Source: a virus. Taken from it: 64,000 nucleotides of DNA. Shown here in pieces: positions 10,238 to 21,100 of the stretch. The stretch is from the IMG/VR virus record IMGVR_UViG_3300025828_000016, positions 1 through 64,000 of that record; one strand, given 5' to 3'. Numbering within the stretch: the first letter of the stretch is position 1; each line of letters starts with the position of its first letter. The translations under genes were made by a program, and so were the position numbers. The notes under the pieces were generated by a model. The model saw nothing but the letters and a program-made list of their open reading frames with translations, ran no database searches and had not been told where the DNA came from.

Positions 10238-13200
10238 TTATGTGTCATTAGGATCACCACAATTTAAACTATCATTAATCTTATCTTTTTCTTCGTCCTG
10301 TTTGCCAAGAAGTTTTTCTATATCGTCTATCGCGCCACTATCATCAAGCAATTTTGCAATAATTCCAAGAGGAGTAAGTGGTCCAGGGACAAACCACGGT
10401 GTTTTCCAAGTTGGATCGCTCATATTTGCCATCATTTTGATAAACATTTCTATTATAAGAGATAGTAAATCCATATTGACCGTTGGTATTTCTAATCCTA
10501 ATAAATCTATTGCATTGTTCTTTTTATAAAATTCCTTATCTTCCCCTCTTTTTGAAACATCAATAAGAGGCATTAATCCTGCTTTTATTATTGCTAGTGT
10601 TCTAGAAAAACCAGCATCCAAAGTTGGATATCTTTTTTGTATTACTTCAGTAACCAAAACCGATACAAAAGATAATATACTTTCATATTGTAAATTTTCT
10701 GTTAATCTTGCAAAAGATATTGATTCAGAAATATAAGCATATAAATCACTTGGAAATGGAGTCGGACTATCGTATGGTGCTTCGTGATTTTCTAAACCTT
10801 CGGTTATGTTACCTGGGTTAAATTTTCCACCCTCTAGCACGCCTCTGCGGAGGTCACTCATCTTGTCCCCGTAAGAATACAATTTTAAAACAGTAGTTGA
10901 ATTTAGCACTTCGATTATGGATTTAGAAACCGCATTATCAGAAGATACATCATCTGGATTATATTTATGTATAAAATAAACCAATGGTAATTTAAAAAAC
11001 ATTTTTCCTGGTGTTTTTGAACCCACTGGTGTCTCTTCTTTTAAGAAGTATTTTTTATCAAAAACTGCCTCTGCAAATCCTTCTTTGAAAGAAATTGCTT
11101 GATCTGAATTGGGATCTAAGTTTGAAATACCCGCTGCAAGCATAATTCGCTCATAGATTAATTCGGTCGGTGCGCCTTCTTCTATTGGAATCAATAAATT
11201 AAGAGTGGTATATCCATTAAACTTTTTATAAAATAAGTTTTTTTGTAAAATTTGATTCAATCTTATTTTTTGTTCAGTGGTGGCTTTATTTTTTGCTTGC
11301 TTGATAAAACCGTTTAGTTCCATTCTATACTCATCCATGCTATCTTTTCCATATATAGCATTAAAATCACCAACAGAAATTCTTCCTTGGGTATTTGCTA
11401 CGATATCGTCTACCACAATTTTTCCAGTCATAAGTTGATTTTTAGTAAATTTACTATAACCACCAATTAAATATTTGAATAATCCTTCTTGAGATGAATT
11501 ACCATGTGTATACGCATTGCCACCTGCTGCTGCTCTCGATGCAAATTCAAATGCAGGTTGAGAGTATTTTTGCATTTCAAGTGCTGCATCAAGTGCAGCG
11601 CCAGCGGCGATGTCGTCCCCGAGGTACGCAGTCGTTAGTGCTGCCCCCTGGAGTGTTGTGGCAGCAGTAACTGCTGCCGCTGCTTCTGCTTGAGTCGGCA
11701 ATAAACTATAAATTAAATTATAATCATCAATCATAGAGAATGGTTTAAGTTTTTTACCACCATCAAATCTTATATTTGAAAATTTATCTACATCCTCTTT
11801 ATATATTGGAGATACTTCAAAACCTTGCTCTAAAAAGAATCCACCATTCTTTAATCGATCAGTGCTTGTATAATATCCACTTGGCACAGTAAAGTAATAA
11901 TTTTCTCTATCTACTTTTACAACAGTTGGTGGGTCAACCACTTTCAATGCTTTATTTTTATTACCAGTATACTCATCTATTCTAAGAATGTTTGCCAACA
12001 GGGATTTTGTGACAAAATCGGTTTTAAAAATATAATTTGAATATTCAGTTTTCTTTACCTCATTATAAGTTTCGACTGCATTTGCTTCACCCTCGATAGC
12101 GGAAAGATCTTCAAGAAATTCACCATCGATTTCTCCCTCGAAAGCGTCTGTTAATTCATAACTGTCTTGAGCTAAAATTCTATCAGTAAATCCAATATTG
12201 TATATTCCTGCGTCATTAAGAATTGAATTCATGTGATCTTTTGCAAATGAAATAGTTGAAGTTATCAATTCATTAAAAATTTGATCTGAGGTGACACTAC
12301 TGATATTTTTAATATTATTATTTGCCGCGTATTCAATGCGTAAATATTTCATAAAATCAGTGTCATCTGGAAACCCCTGTCTAAGACTAATTGTCTTATT
12401 TTCACCTTGTGCACCAAAATACATTTGTTTTTTAATTTGAGATTTTAAATATTTCAAATAAAATGAATCAAGTGAATTATTTTGATTATTTCCCGCTAAT
12501 AAAGCATTAAAACCGTATGCACCAAATACAAATATACCCTTTAATATCTCATTTAATGTTAGAACTCTCAAATATAATTTTATAAAAGAAGAAATTTTCG
12601 CTATTTCAGGTGGAGATGGGGTAACGTCCATACCAAATAAACATTGAATGTTGTCTGACGTTTGTTCTACACTATTGAATATATCCTGTGTGTATAAAAG
12701 ACTTTTGGCACAAGCATTTTTTCTACTTAATTTTAAATTATTAAAATTACTTCTCTTGAACAATCCTTGTGTAGAAATAAATTCTGCATGTTCTTTTATT
12801 ATCTGTGATGTTATTTCTGTAAAAAATGAAATAGAATTAGAATCATTTACAAAGAATTGTTTTAATGCATAGTCATATTGTGTTTCACTAGAACCAGCAA
12901 ATAAATTATCTGTTATTTTTTTATAGTCTTGATTTGCTTTTAGTGGAGTAAAATATTCTACATTATTATTGTCGTTTCCAACTCTTAATCTCACTGTTCG
13001 TGGTGGAATTATATCTGTCCGCTCACTAATTTGATTTTGATATAAATTTTCAGAAAAATTAAATGATAATGAGATTTTATCATTTTTGATATAATTGGTT
13101 GTTAAAGAAATAACCTTGCCATCTTCCTGTCCGTCTGGTACTTCTATGTTGAATTTAGTTCCAAATCCTTCCAAATATTGTTTCGCGGATCTTGCAACAA

Positions 13201-16200
13201 CACCAGTTTGTTTTGACTGTTTCTCTAGTTTTTCCTGAATCTCTTCTATTTTTGGGATTGGAAAATCACCAACCCCTGGAGGCTTAAATGTTGCCAACAT
13301 TGCATCTACAGTATTGAGACTTGTACCAAATAAGGCGTCAAGTTTAGACCCAGGGTTTTTCAAAGCATCGATATTGGTTATATTATTCGTAAGAATTATT
13401 TTAAAGTTTAATATATCTGTTTCAAAAACATCTGTTATAACCCCATAAGAAGATTTTAACTGCTTATCTTGCATATATTTCGCGCTTGGGTGCATTGAAC
13501 TTGCAAATATTGGTTTTTGTTCTTTTAATTCCGCTTCTGGACCACAAAAAACAGGTGGAAAATTATTGGACAAGTCAGTCAAATCTTTAATATTTTCTAA
13601 AAGATTTTCTATCGCCTTATCTTCTTTTCTCAATATTTCACTTACAATTGCACGATCTGCCTTAGTTAACAATTCGCCAACTAAAGCTTCATTCGAAATT
13701 GGTTCACATAATTGAGAAATTATTTTTTTTGTATTTTCAATTCCTTGTACCGCTAGAACACATTTTTCTTTATCTATAAAAGGAGATAAAAGTGCAAAAA
13801 CAGTTATCAAGTTGCCTTTTGAACCGATTGATTTTTTTAATTTTTCATATTTTGATAAACCCAATAAACCAGACCAAATCTTATCCATTATTGAATTATT
13901 GATTAATCCACTTGCATCCTCACTAAATAAAGAACAAGTTTCAGATACAGTTAAAACTTCTGACAATTCAGATATAAACTCACTAATTTCTTCTGGTGGT
14001 CTATCAACATAACTTCCAATATCATTTACGACATCTGGGTCGGTAATTGTGTCATTAAGAAAATTTGGAGTAAACGGAAAAACGGGTGTCACATCTTTTG
14101 GAAAATCCACATTTGGTGGTTTGGCACTTAAATTTGCAAAATCTGACTTGCTTGACCCTTCACATAATTTAGCAATCTCTTTCAAAATAGAAGATATCAT
14201 CTTAACAATATATTCTTTAACAAAATCCATTAATGTTTCTTTTAGTTGTTCTGACCAATCACCAGTTAAATTAACACCTTTATATTTTTCAAGTGCATCT
14301 TCAACTGATTTTCCAACTGATTCGAATGGATTTGATAATTTTGGCGCACCTTTAAGCAACTCTTCTGTTTTGTCAACAATCTCGTCTAATTCTTTTTGAT
14401 ATTCATTTATTCCAGAAGTTACTTGAGAAAGATAACTAGTTGCTTGATTAAATGCCTCTTCTGCTGTTTTTTGTGCATCATCAAGAACATTATTGAACTG
14501 CTGAGTGGCATCTTTTATTATTTTATTTGCTTCATTTAATGCACTATCAATAGCATCGTCTATAGCATCTTCAGCGAGATCTGTAGCTTTACCAATAAAA
14601 GAATTTATTTCGTTACTGCTCAGAAAATCAGTTAAATTCAATTCATTTAAGTCTAAACCAAATCCGTCTAGTCCACCTAAGTCTCCTAAATTTAAACCAC
14701 TAAATTTAGCAAAACTGCCCAAACTCATATTTGATAAATCGCCCAGAGAACCTAAACTTAGTCCTCCTAAACTTGATAAACTACCTAAATCAAAATCCCC
14801 TAAACCTAAAGAATCTAAATCAATTCCACCCAAACCCAAAGAAGACAAATCAGTGACTGCCACCGAAGACAGATCTACTCCTTTGATTTTTCCAAGACTT
14901 TTATTTATCGTTTCATTAATGCTTACTTTATATTTTCCTGCGTATTTTTCAATTAATTTATAACCTTTGTCTGCTAATTGCTCAACATCAGATTCTGATT
15001 TAACACGATCTTCTGTACCTTCAATAAAATTTTCTGCTGCTTCATATATTTGAATTACCATTTGACCGGCAGCAGGTAAAGAGGAAAATATAGCAATCGA
15101 AATCAAATCCTTATTTATATTATTTTTTGCAAACAAACTTAAAAATACATTTTTTAAAGTTTCTAGATTTTTTGAAGTGTCGCCAGGACTAGTACCACTA
15201 GAAAGAGAAACACCAGAAAGATTAATTTCTTTAGCAATTATTCTTTGCAAAACTATACTTTCTGGTAGTTTTGAACTACTGAGATATGACATTATTTTGC
15301 CGATCTCTTCTTTTCTAATATTTTTTATAATGATATCTCTAACTTTATCAATTGGATCGTCTAGATATTTTTTAACACAAGACATGGCAATTGAAACAAT
15401 TTCAGACAATGGGACTACATTTAGAACTTCATTGTATACATCGTTAGTCGTTTTGATCTGATCTGCATTTTTAATTATATTCAAAAATGCAGCATCCGTT
15501 GTCTGAATAAAAGAACCATCAACTAACGAAAAGATCTTTTCCTTTAAATCTTTCGGAATTATACTTTCATTTTCTACATCTTCTGTTTTTTTATAATTTA
15601 CCTCACCTTTATTATATACTTTTTTTCTTATACTTCTTTGTGGTGTGTTTTTTAATTGTGACTCTTTTGTATAATCCACCAAGTAAGATTTAACAAAAAT
15701 GTCAACTGACATATTCTCACCATGTTTACGATAATCCTTTGCTATAGAATCTATGTTATACAATATATTTCTAAAATTATTTGAACAAACCTCATTAAAA
15801 TACGTTGCAGACGGGGTTTTCCAAGGAGCATCAGGATTCAATTGTGCTTTTTTTTCTGGTGTATTTGTGACAAATGATTCTGCAGAATTTTGTGCTTCAA
15901 GTTTACTTGATAAATTAGTTGGTTTGTATCTCTTAACTGAGGCACCTCTTTCATTAAGATAATAAATTCCAGTGTTTTTACCGGTACTTGGATTAAAAGT
16001 TGTGAAAGAATAATCAATGTATCCATTTTTAGCAACAAAATCATTTTGTAATTCATATCCAAGACAATTTTTTGCTAGAAAATAATAATAATCTCTAACT
16101 TCAGTTATGTGACTGTCTAAGTCAACTATATATTTGTCTTTTGGCTCTAGTTTTTTATTTTTTTCTGATATTATCTTCAGCAACTTCATTGTTGACTGAA

Positions 16201-17134
16201 AATGATCAAGATAATCGTCCCCATTTTCAAGTTTTGGATATTTTTTAGAACCAACGTGATCATATAAATTAAAAGATTTTATTTTAAATCTAGAGTTTGA
16301 AGAATTTAATCCAACTGTCGAAGCAGAACCTTGAATCAATCCTTTGAGAAGTTTTTCTGTTTCAACATCTACCGCAACAATTGTTTGAAAGTAAACCAAA
16401 GAACCGGATTCTTTTTTACCTGTAGGTATTGCAAAATCAGTAATTGATATATTAGCAAATAAAGATTCTTTTATTTTTCTAAGGTTAGTATCTTTTCCAC
16501 CTCTTAAAATTTGACCACCAACATTATTTGGTAATGATTTACAGTATTCCAATAAAGCATGTTGCTTTATACTTGAAACAAAGGCAGTATTTTTAAACAA
16601 TTCAAAAGATAATTTACCATCAAGAACATTCGCTTTCTCCATAAACAGACGTTGTGGACCTTTCACAACTACGTGGTGATATTCTTTTATGGCATGAGGT
16701 AGCGTAGGGGCATATGTAAATTTTTTTAAATATGGTTTTTTTACTAGTAAATTAAATTGTGTCCCCGGTGGTGGACTAACGATAAAACTCGCATTTATAA
16801 AAGTATTGTCAAGAAGTTCGGTAATGTCAGGTGGTGTATTTTTTGGTATTTTAGAAGTATCTGATACTACAGAATTTAGTGCATTGGAAAACTTAGAAAT
16901 ATTGCCTATTGGAACATCTGTTGGTTTTATTTCTGCTTCTTTAAAAGTTGTAACAAGTAAACGCTTATAAGAATCAGAAATTTCTGGTGTCAAACCAGAG
17001 GATATTTTATTGTAAATTCCAGAACTTATTATTTCTGATATTTCTTTTAATGTTGTTATCTGCTGGATCTGCGTATTCGTTTCCCAATTAACTGTAAAAG
17101 GATTCACAGATGGTTTTGCTTCTATCATACTCAT
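10238..17134 (-). CDS. 2298-aa putative tail/baseplate-associated protein with helical and Leu-Gly/Ser repeat segments
   Basis: Long ORF between the hub-like genes and gp25. No catalytic motif recognised. Confidence 0.5.
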   Translation of the reverse strand: MSMIEAKPSVNPFTVNWETNTQIQQITTLKEISEIISSGIYNKISSGLTPEISDSYKRLLVTTFKEAEIKPTDVPIGNISKFSNALNSVVSDTSKIPKNTPPDITELLDNTFINASFIVSPPPGTQFNLLVKKPYLKKFTYAPTLPHAIKEYHHVVVKGPQRLFMEKANVLDGKLSFELFKNTAFVSSIKQHALLEYCKSLPNNVGGQILRGGKDTNLRKIKESLFANISITDFAIPTGKKESGSLVYFQTIVAVDVETEKLLKGLIQGSASTVGLNSSNSRFKIKSFNLYDHVGSKKYPKLENGDDYLDHFQSTMKLLKIISEKNKKLEPKDKYIVDLDSHITEVRDYYYFLAKNCLGYELQNDFVAKNGYIDYSFTTFNPSTGKNTGIYYLNERGASVKRYKPTNLSSKLEAQNSAESFVTNTPEKKAQLNPDAPWKTPSATYFNEVCSNNFRNILYNIDSIAKDYRKHGENMSVDIFVKSYLVDYTKESQLKNTPQRSIRKKVYNKGEVNYKKTEDVENESIIPKDLKEKIFSLVDGSFIQTTDAAFLNIIKNADQIKTTNDVYNEVLNVVPLSEIVSIAMSCVKKYLDDPIDKVRDIIIKNIRKEEIGKIMSYLSSSKLPESIVLQRIIAKEINLSGVSLSSGTSPGDTSKNLETLKNVFLSLFAKNNINKDLISIAIFSSLPAAGQMVIQIYEAAENFIEGTEDRVKSESDVEQLADKGYKLIEKYAGKYKVSINETINKSLGKIKGVDLSSVAVTDLSSLGLGGIDLDSLGLGDFDLGSLSSLGGLSLGSLGDLSNMSLGSFAKFSGLNLGDLGGLDGFGLDLNELNLTDFLSSNEINSFIGKATDLAEDAIDDAIDSALNEANKIIKDATQQFNNVLDDAQKTAEEAFNQATSYLSQVTSGINEYQKELDEIVDKTEELLKGAPKLSNPFESVGKSVEDALEKYKGVNLTGDWSEQLKETLMDFVKEYIVKMISSILKEIAKLCEGSSKSDFANLSAKPPNVDFPKDVTPVFPFTPNFLNDTITDPDVVNDIGSYVDRPPEEISEFISELSEVLTVSETCSLFSEDASGLINNSIMDKIWSGLLGLSKYEKLKKSIGSKGNLITVFALLSPFIDKEKCVLAVQGIENTKKIISQLCEPISNEALVGELLTKADRAIVSEILRKEDKAIENLLENIKDLTDLSNNFPPVFCGPEAELKEQKPIFASSMHPSAKYMQDKQLKSSYGVITDVFETDILNFKIILTNNITNIDALKNPGSKLDALFGTSLNTVDAMLATFKPPGVGDFPIPKIEEIQEKLEKQSKQTGVVARSAKQYLEGFGTKFNIEVPDGQEDGKVISLTTNYIKNDKISLSFNFSENLYQNQISERTDIIPPRTVRLRVGNDNNNVEYFTPLKANQDYKKITDNLFAGSSETQYDYALKQFFVNDSNSISFFTEITSQIIKEHAEFISTQGLFKRSNFNNLKLSRKNACAKSLLYTQDIFNSVEQTSDNIQCLFGMDVTPSPPEIAKISSFIKLYLRVLTLNEILKGIFVFGAYGFNALLAGNNQNNSLDSFYLKYLKSQIKKQMYFGAQGENKTISLRQGFPDDTDFMKYLRIEYAANNNIKNISSVTSDQIFNELITSTISFAKDHMNSILNDAGIYNIGFTDRILAQDSYELTDAFEGEIDGEFLEDLSAIEGEANAVETYNEVKKTEYSNYIFKTDFVTKSLLANILRIDEYTGNKNKALKVVDPPTVVKVDRENYYFTVPSGYYTSTDRLKNGGFFLEQGFEVSPIYKEDVDKFSNIRFDGGKKLKPFSMIDDYNLIYSLLPTQAEAAAAVTAATTLQGAALTTAYLGDDIAAGAALDAALEMQKYSQPAFEFASRAAAGGNAYTHGNSSQEGLFKYLIGGYSKFTKNQLMTGKIVVDDIVANTQGRISVGDFNAIYGKDSMDEYRMELNGFIKQAKNKATTEQKIRLNQILQKNLFYKKFNGYTTLNLLIPIEEGAPTELIYERIMLAAGISNLDPNSDQAISFKEGFAEAVFDKKYFLKEETPVGSKTPGKMFFKLPLVYFIHKYNPDDVSSDNAVSKSIIEVLNSTTVLKLYSYGDKMSDLRRGVLEGGKFNPGNITEGLENHEAPYDSPTPFPSDLYAYISESISFARLTENLQYESILSFVSVLVTEVIQKRYPTLDAGFSRTLAIIKAGLMPLIDVSKRGEDKEFYKKNNAIDLLGLEIPTVNMDLLSLIIEMFIKMMANMSDPTWKTPWFVPGPLTPLGIIAKLLDDSGAIDDIEKLLGKQDEEKDKINDSLNCGDPNDT
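14615..14880 (-). repeat. Degenerate ~5-residue repeat (DLSSL/GLGGI/DLDSL/GLGDF/DLGSL...) within the 2298-aa protein
   Basis: Visible in the translation and as recurring cctaaa on the + strand. Confidence 0.7.
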
Positions 17135-17155
17135 ATTTTTGTCTACTCCAAAAAA

Positions 17156-18130
17156 TTAATTAGAAAAAATACTCTTGCTACCCGCTTGGTTTGTGCCAAA
17201 TATTTCAGTTGAATTTACTTGTGTTATTGTAGATTTAAGTTTATTCATTACATTATCTTGCTTAGAAATCATTTCTTGTGCTGAACATTTCATTCCCGCT
17301 GCCATTAATGAAAAACTGGGTAAAGTTTGACCAGCATTTATTGCAAGAGGATTGAATGCGCCAAGTAATCCAACCAATTGACTAAAAGAATCTGGATGTT
17401 GATGATTCATAACCTGTTGATTAAACTCAAATTGTGAAGTCATAAAAAAATCTAAAGTAGAATTTAACTCATCTAATCTTTTATAAATCTTCTCTATCGA
17501 TTTGTTGTTTGCACTAGCCTTAGTTGATGGTTGCATACCACTATCTCTATTTCCTGCTATCAATTCTATTCTTGGAACTGATCTAACTCCACCGCCTAAA
17601 GAATTTTGATCATCAACTCTGCTTATTAATTTTATGCCCTCTCTACCAACTATTCGAATAACATCTGCCTTAGCAACAATTGCGGACCTAGCAGTTGAAG
17701 AACCGCCTTTTCCAGAAGTTAAATTAAAGTTAACATCTGCATCTGTTTTTTGTTCTATATAAATCATTGCCGCATCTCTATATAAATTAGGATCAGCATA
17801 AAACAGTTTTTGCTTTTCTCTCTGTGGAGATATTTCAGAAGAAAGGGGTCTTGCGGACATTGGTCCAGCAACTATGCTAATTGATCCAGCGCCAGTTTCT
17901 CCACCTCGTCCTGAGTTTCTTTCTCCTGGTCTATCATACCCTTGTTTTATATAAGTATTTCTTGGACCCTGAATTAAACTTTCTCCGGGTGTTTTATTAT
18001 ATCGTACCTTAACCTCATCTAGTTGTTCACCATTTATTCCTAAATTCAAATAACTATTTTTACTTGTATTGAGGATTGCTTTTGATTTATTAGATAAGTT
18101 TTTGGTATCAAATGCTTTTTTAAGACCCAT
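17156..18130 (-). CDS. Putative baseplate hub/spike-associated protein (gp5 C-terminal-like)
   Basis: Short beta-strand repeats (AIVAKADVIRIVGREGIKLIS) and a late NHQH. Lies directly downstream of the tail enzyme. Confidence 0.45.
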   Translation of the reverse strand: MGLKKAFDTKNLSNKSKAILNTSKNSYLNLGINGEQLDEVKVRYNKTPGESLIQGPRNTYIKQGYDRPGERNSGRGGETGAGSISIVAGPMSARPLSSEISPQREKQKLFYADPNLYRDAAMIYIEQKTDADVNFNLTSGKGGSSTARSAIVAKADVIRIVGREGIKLISRVDDQNSLGGGVRSVPRIELIAGNRDSGMQPSTKASANNKSIEKIYKRLDELNSTLDFFMTSQFEFNQQVMNHQHPDSFSQLVGLLGAFNPLAINAGQTLPSFSLMAAGMKCSAQEMISKQDNVMNKLKSTITQVNSTEIFGTNQAGSKSIFSN

Positions 18131-18148
18131 GTGTTCTCCTATTATTTA

Positions 18149-21100
18149 TTACCACCAACTACCGTAAAGTTCCAAACCCCTTTTATCTTTATTAACCGCA
18201 CTTGGTTTTGCTTTTTTAAATTTATTCTTTTGCCAGTTCGCCTCAAAGGTTGCATAGTCATCTGCTTTGTCTCTGCCTATTTGCAGATATTTTTCTTCTT
18301 TTGCAATTCGATTTACTACATCATAAGAGGTTGTATGTTTATTATTTGTTGCTAAATGTTCAAAATGCCACCATTCTGCACCAGGGAAACCCTTTAATGG
18401 CAATCCTTGAGAAATAGATCCTTCAGATAATCCATATTCCGCTGCTTTTGCTTTTGGAAAATCAAAAAACGGTGCCGACTTACCTTTATTATCTTTTGCT
18501 CCGATAGGTGTAAAACCATGCTTAAACATTATTGCTGTCAAATCTACAAAAGGTCCAGTTGTTGGTCTGAAAAATAATTTGCCTTTTTTATCTTCAGGAT
18601 TTTTTCTTATATATGCAGCATTGATTGTTATGTGCGGAACTTGATTTCCCGGCATCGAATCCCCGACATACCACTCATCTTTTTTTGATGAGATGACCTT
18701 TTTATTTGCTATAAGGTTATCTATTCCAGAAAATCCTATACTTCTTGCATATATTCTCCAATATAATCTATTTTTATAAACAAAATCAGGTGTACAAACA
18801 TATACATCCTGATCTGGATCAGTTAATGACGCAGCTGGAGCAAGATCTATCGCTAATCCCAACCAGTGATTGCCTGGAGGGGAATCTTTATTCGCTTTTA
18901 GTGGTCTTCTAGTGCTATCAAAATAGAATACACAACCTAAAGATCTCAATTCTCTGCCAACAGCATTTGCATATCTAGCAACGTCCTTTCTCATGTATTC
19001 TTGACTAACATTAACAACACTATTAAGGGGTGTATTCGGTCCTATTTTATTATTAGGATTGATTACGGGAGTGCTATATGCAGGAAAATGACTTCCTTCG
19101 CCGCCTTCAGGAAAATACATTTTATTATTACGTTCATTAAATATTTCTTTCGTAATCCCGTTTGCTTTATTCCATTTCCTCGAACCGTACTCACTGGTGT
19201 TGTGTGCAGCGAAAGAGGCAGGACCATATCCTGTTCCTCCGACCGACCCTGCTGAACCTACCGCTACAATTTCTCTTATGACTATATCAGACCCTATGTA
19301 ATCACTTGATGTTAATGGTATAATACCGCCAATCGCTGAAGCATATGCTCCTGGTTCTCCTGGTGTACTGCCGAGCGGAACAGGAGAACCAGGAGGACCA
19401 CTGACACCTGGAGCACCATATGAACCGCATGGACCAGGAGCAGCAGCGGGTGCAGGTTGTGCAACATTTGGAGTTGCATTTGCAACTTCTTGTGCTGACG
19501 GTTCCGCAGGAGTCGCTGATGGTTGCGGAGCGCCAACTGATGCTGCGCCTCCTGGGGTTGTTCCTGTACCAGTACCTTCTAATTGCTCTTTTAATTTAGT
19601 TAGAAATGGTTTAAAAACTTGTCCGATTTGAAGATAAGCTTGGTCTCCTTCTTCTTTGCCTTCTAATGGAGTTCCACCAAAAAATTCCTTTCCTTGTGGA
19701 TCAACCGTATAATAATCACTGATAAGAGAATCATAATGCTTCTTAACTGTTAAATATTTCATAAGCGGCGCAATTTCAGCAGGTACATCTTCAGGACCAC
19801 TATAAAATGCGGCAGCTGCCTTATAAATTAAGATTGGATTTTGTCTAACATAATTCTCAGGCAAAGCACCCGTTGGCGAAGGATCATTCAATAATTTAAA
19901 TAATTCCTCATCACGATTTGTATTTTCTGGCGCTGGCGCAGGTGTGGGTTCAGGTGTGGGTTCAGGTGCCGCTCCACCAGCAGGGGGCGTAGGTGCTGGT
20001 GTCCCTCCCGCTGGTGGAGTTGTACCAGTGCCTGTAGGCGTTGTACCGTCTGCTGGTGCTGGAGTTGTACCATCACCTGGAGGTTTTGTATCGCCAGTTG
20101 GTGCTGGTTCGGGTGCATTTGCCTCTGCAACATCTTTACCTTTAGAAAAGTTTACGAAACTTAGTCCTTCTCCAGTGAATAATATTTGTGTATTACCTGC
20201 GGTTCCTGGTACTTCTTGTTTTATTCTAACTATTGCTTTTTGTGGTGGAGGAGATGCTTGTGGGGTTGCAGTTGCGCCTCCAACAATATCAGCAGTTTGC
20301 CATCCACACTCTGTGTGACTTGCATCTAAAATATATATTGGTATACCATCTGGATAAAGAAAAGAGTGTCTTTCTTCATTTCCTTTTTTTGGATACTCTG
20401 GTGCCTTTGCCCAAGAGAACTCTAATGGTTTTGATAACGCCGAATTTGGTTTGCCCTTGGTTTGTACCACCCAACTAACCATTCTCTTCCAAACTTCTCT
20501 ACCAGCAGTTCCAAAAGTATCGTTTTGCACTTCTCTTGCAAAATTAATGTGGTCTTTATTTCCATAATCTGCGTCTAAATATCTAAAAACTTTAAATTTT
20601 TCAAATGCGCCTGACGGGTTTAGTCCGTGCGCGTGCGCTCTCAACCAAGATGACCCAAATTGTGATAGTGGACTGCCGCCGCCTGACCAACCATAGGCAC
20701 GAATAGATCTTATATTTGGATAGTCATCAAAACCAGTTACTGCAGCAGTCGGGTTAACCTTGCTTCGAAGTTGATTCATTATGTCTGATATAATATTTGA
20801 TTCTATATAGGGATTTTTTACACTACCTTCATTTCCTGGTGCGCCGCTCATCCTTGGAGCAATAAAAATAATATTTTCATTTGCTGGAAGTCCTGGTCCT
20901 TTATCAATAACTGCCTTTGCTCTATCTCCTAATCCACCATTTCCATGCAACCATAGCATTATATCCACTGGGGCACCAAAATCATGATTTTTTGGTTGGA
21001 ATACCTGTACTTTACCACCAGGGTATTTATTGTGTTTGGATGTGAACATGTGTTCGTCACAATCTGCGGTCCTAATAACACCTGTGTTACCTGAAGGGGT

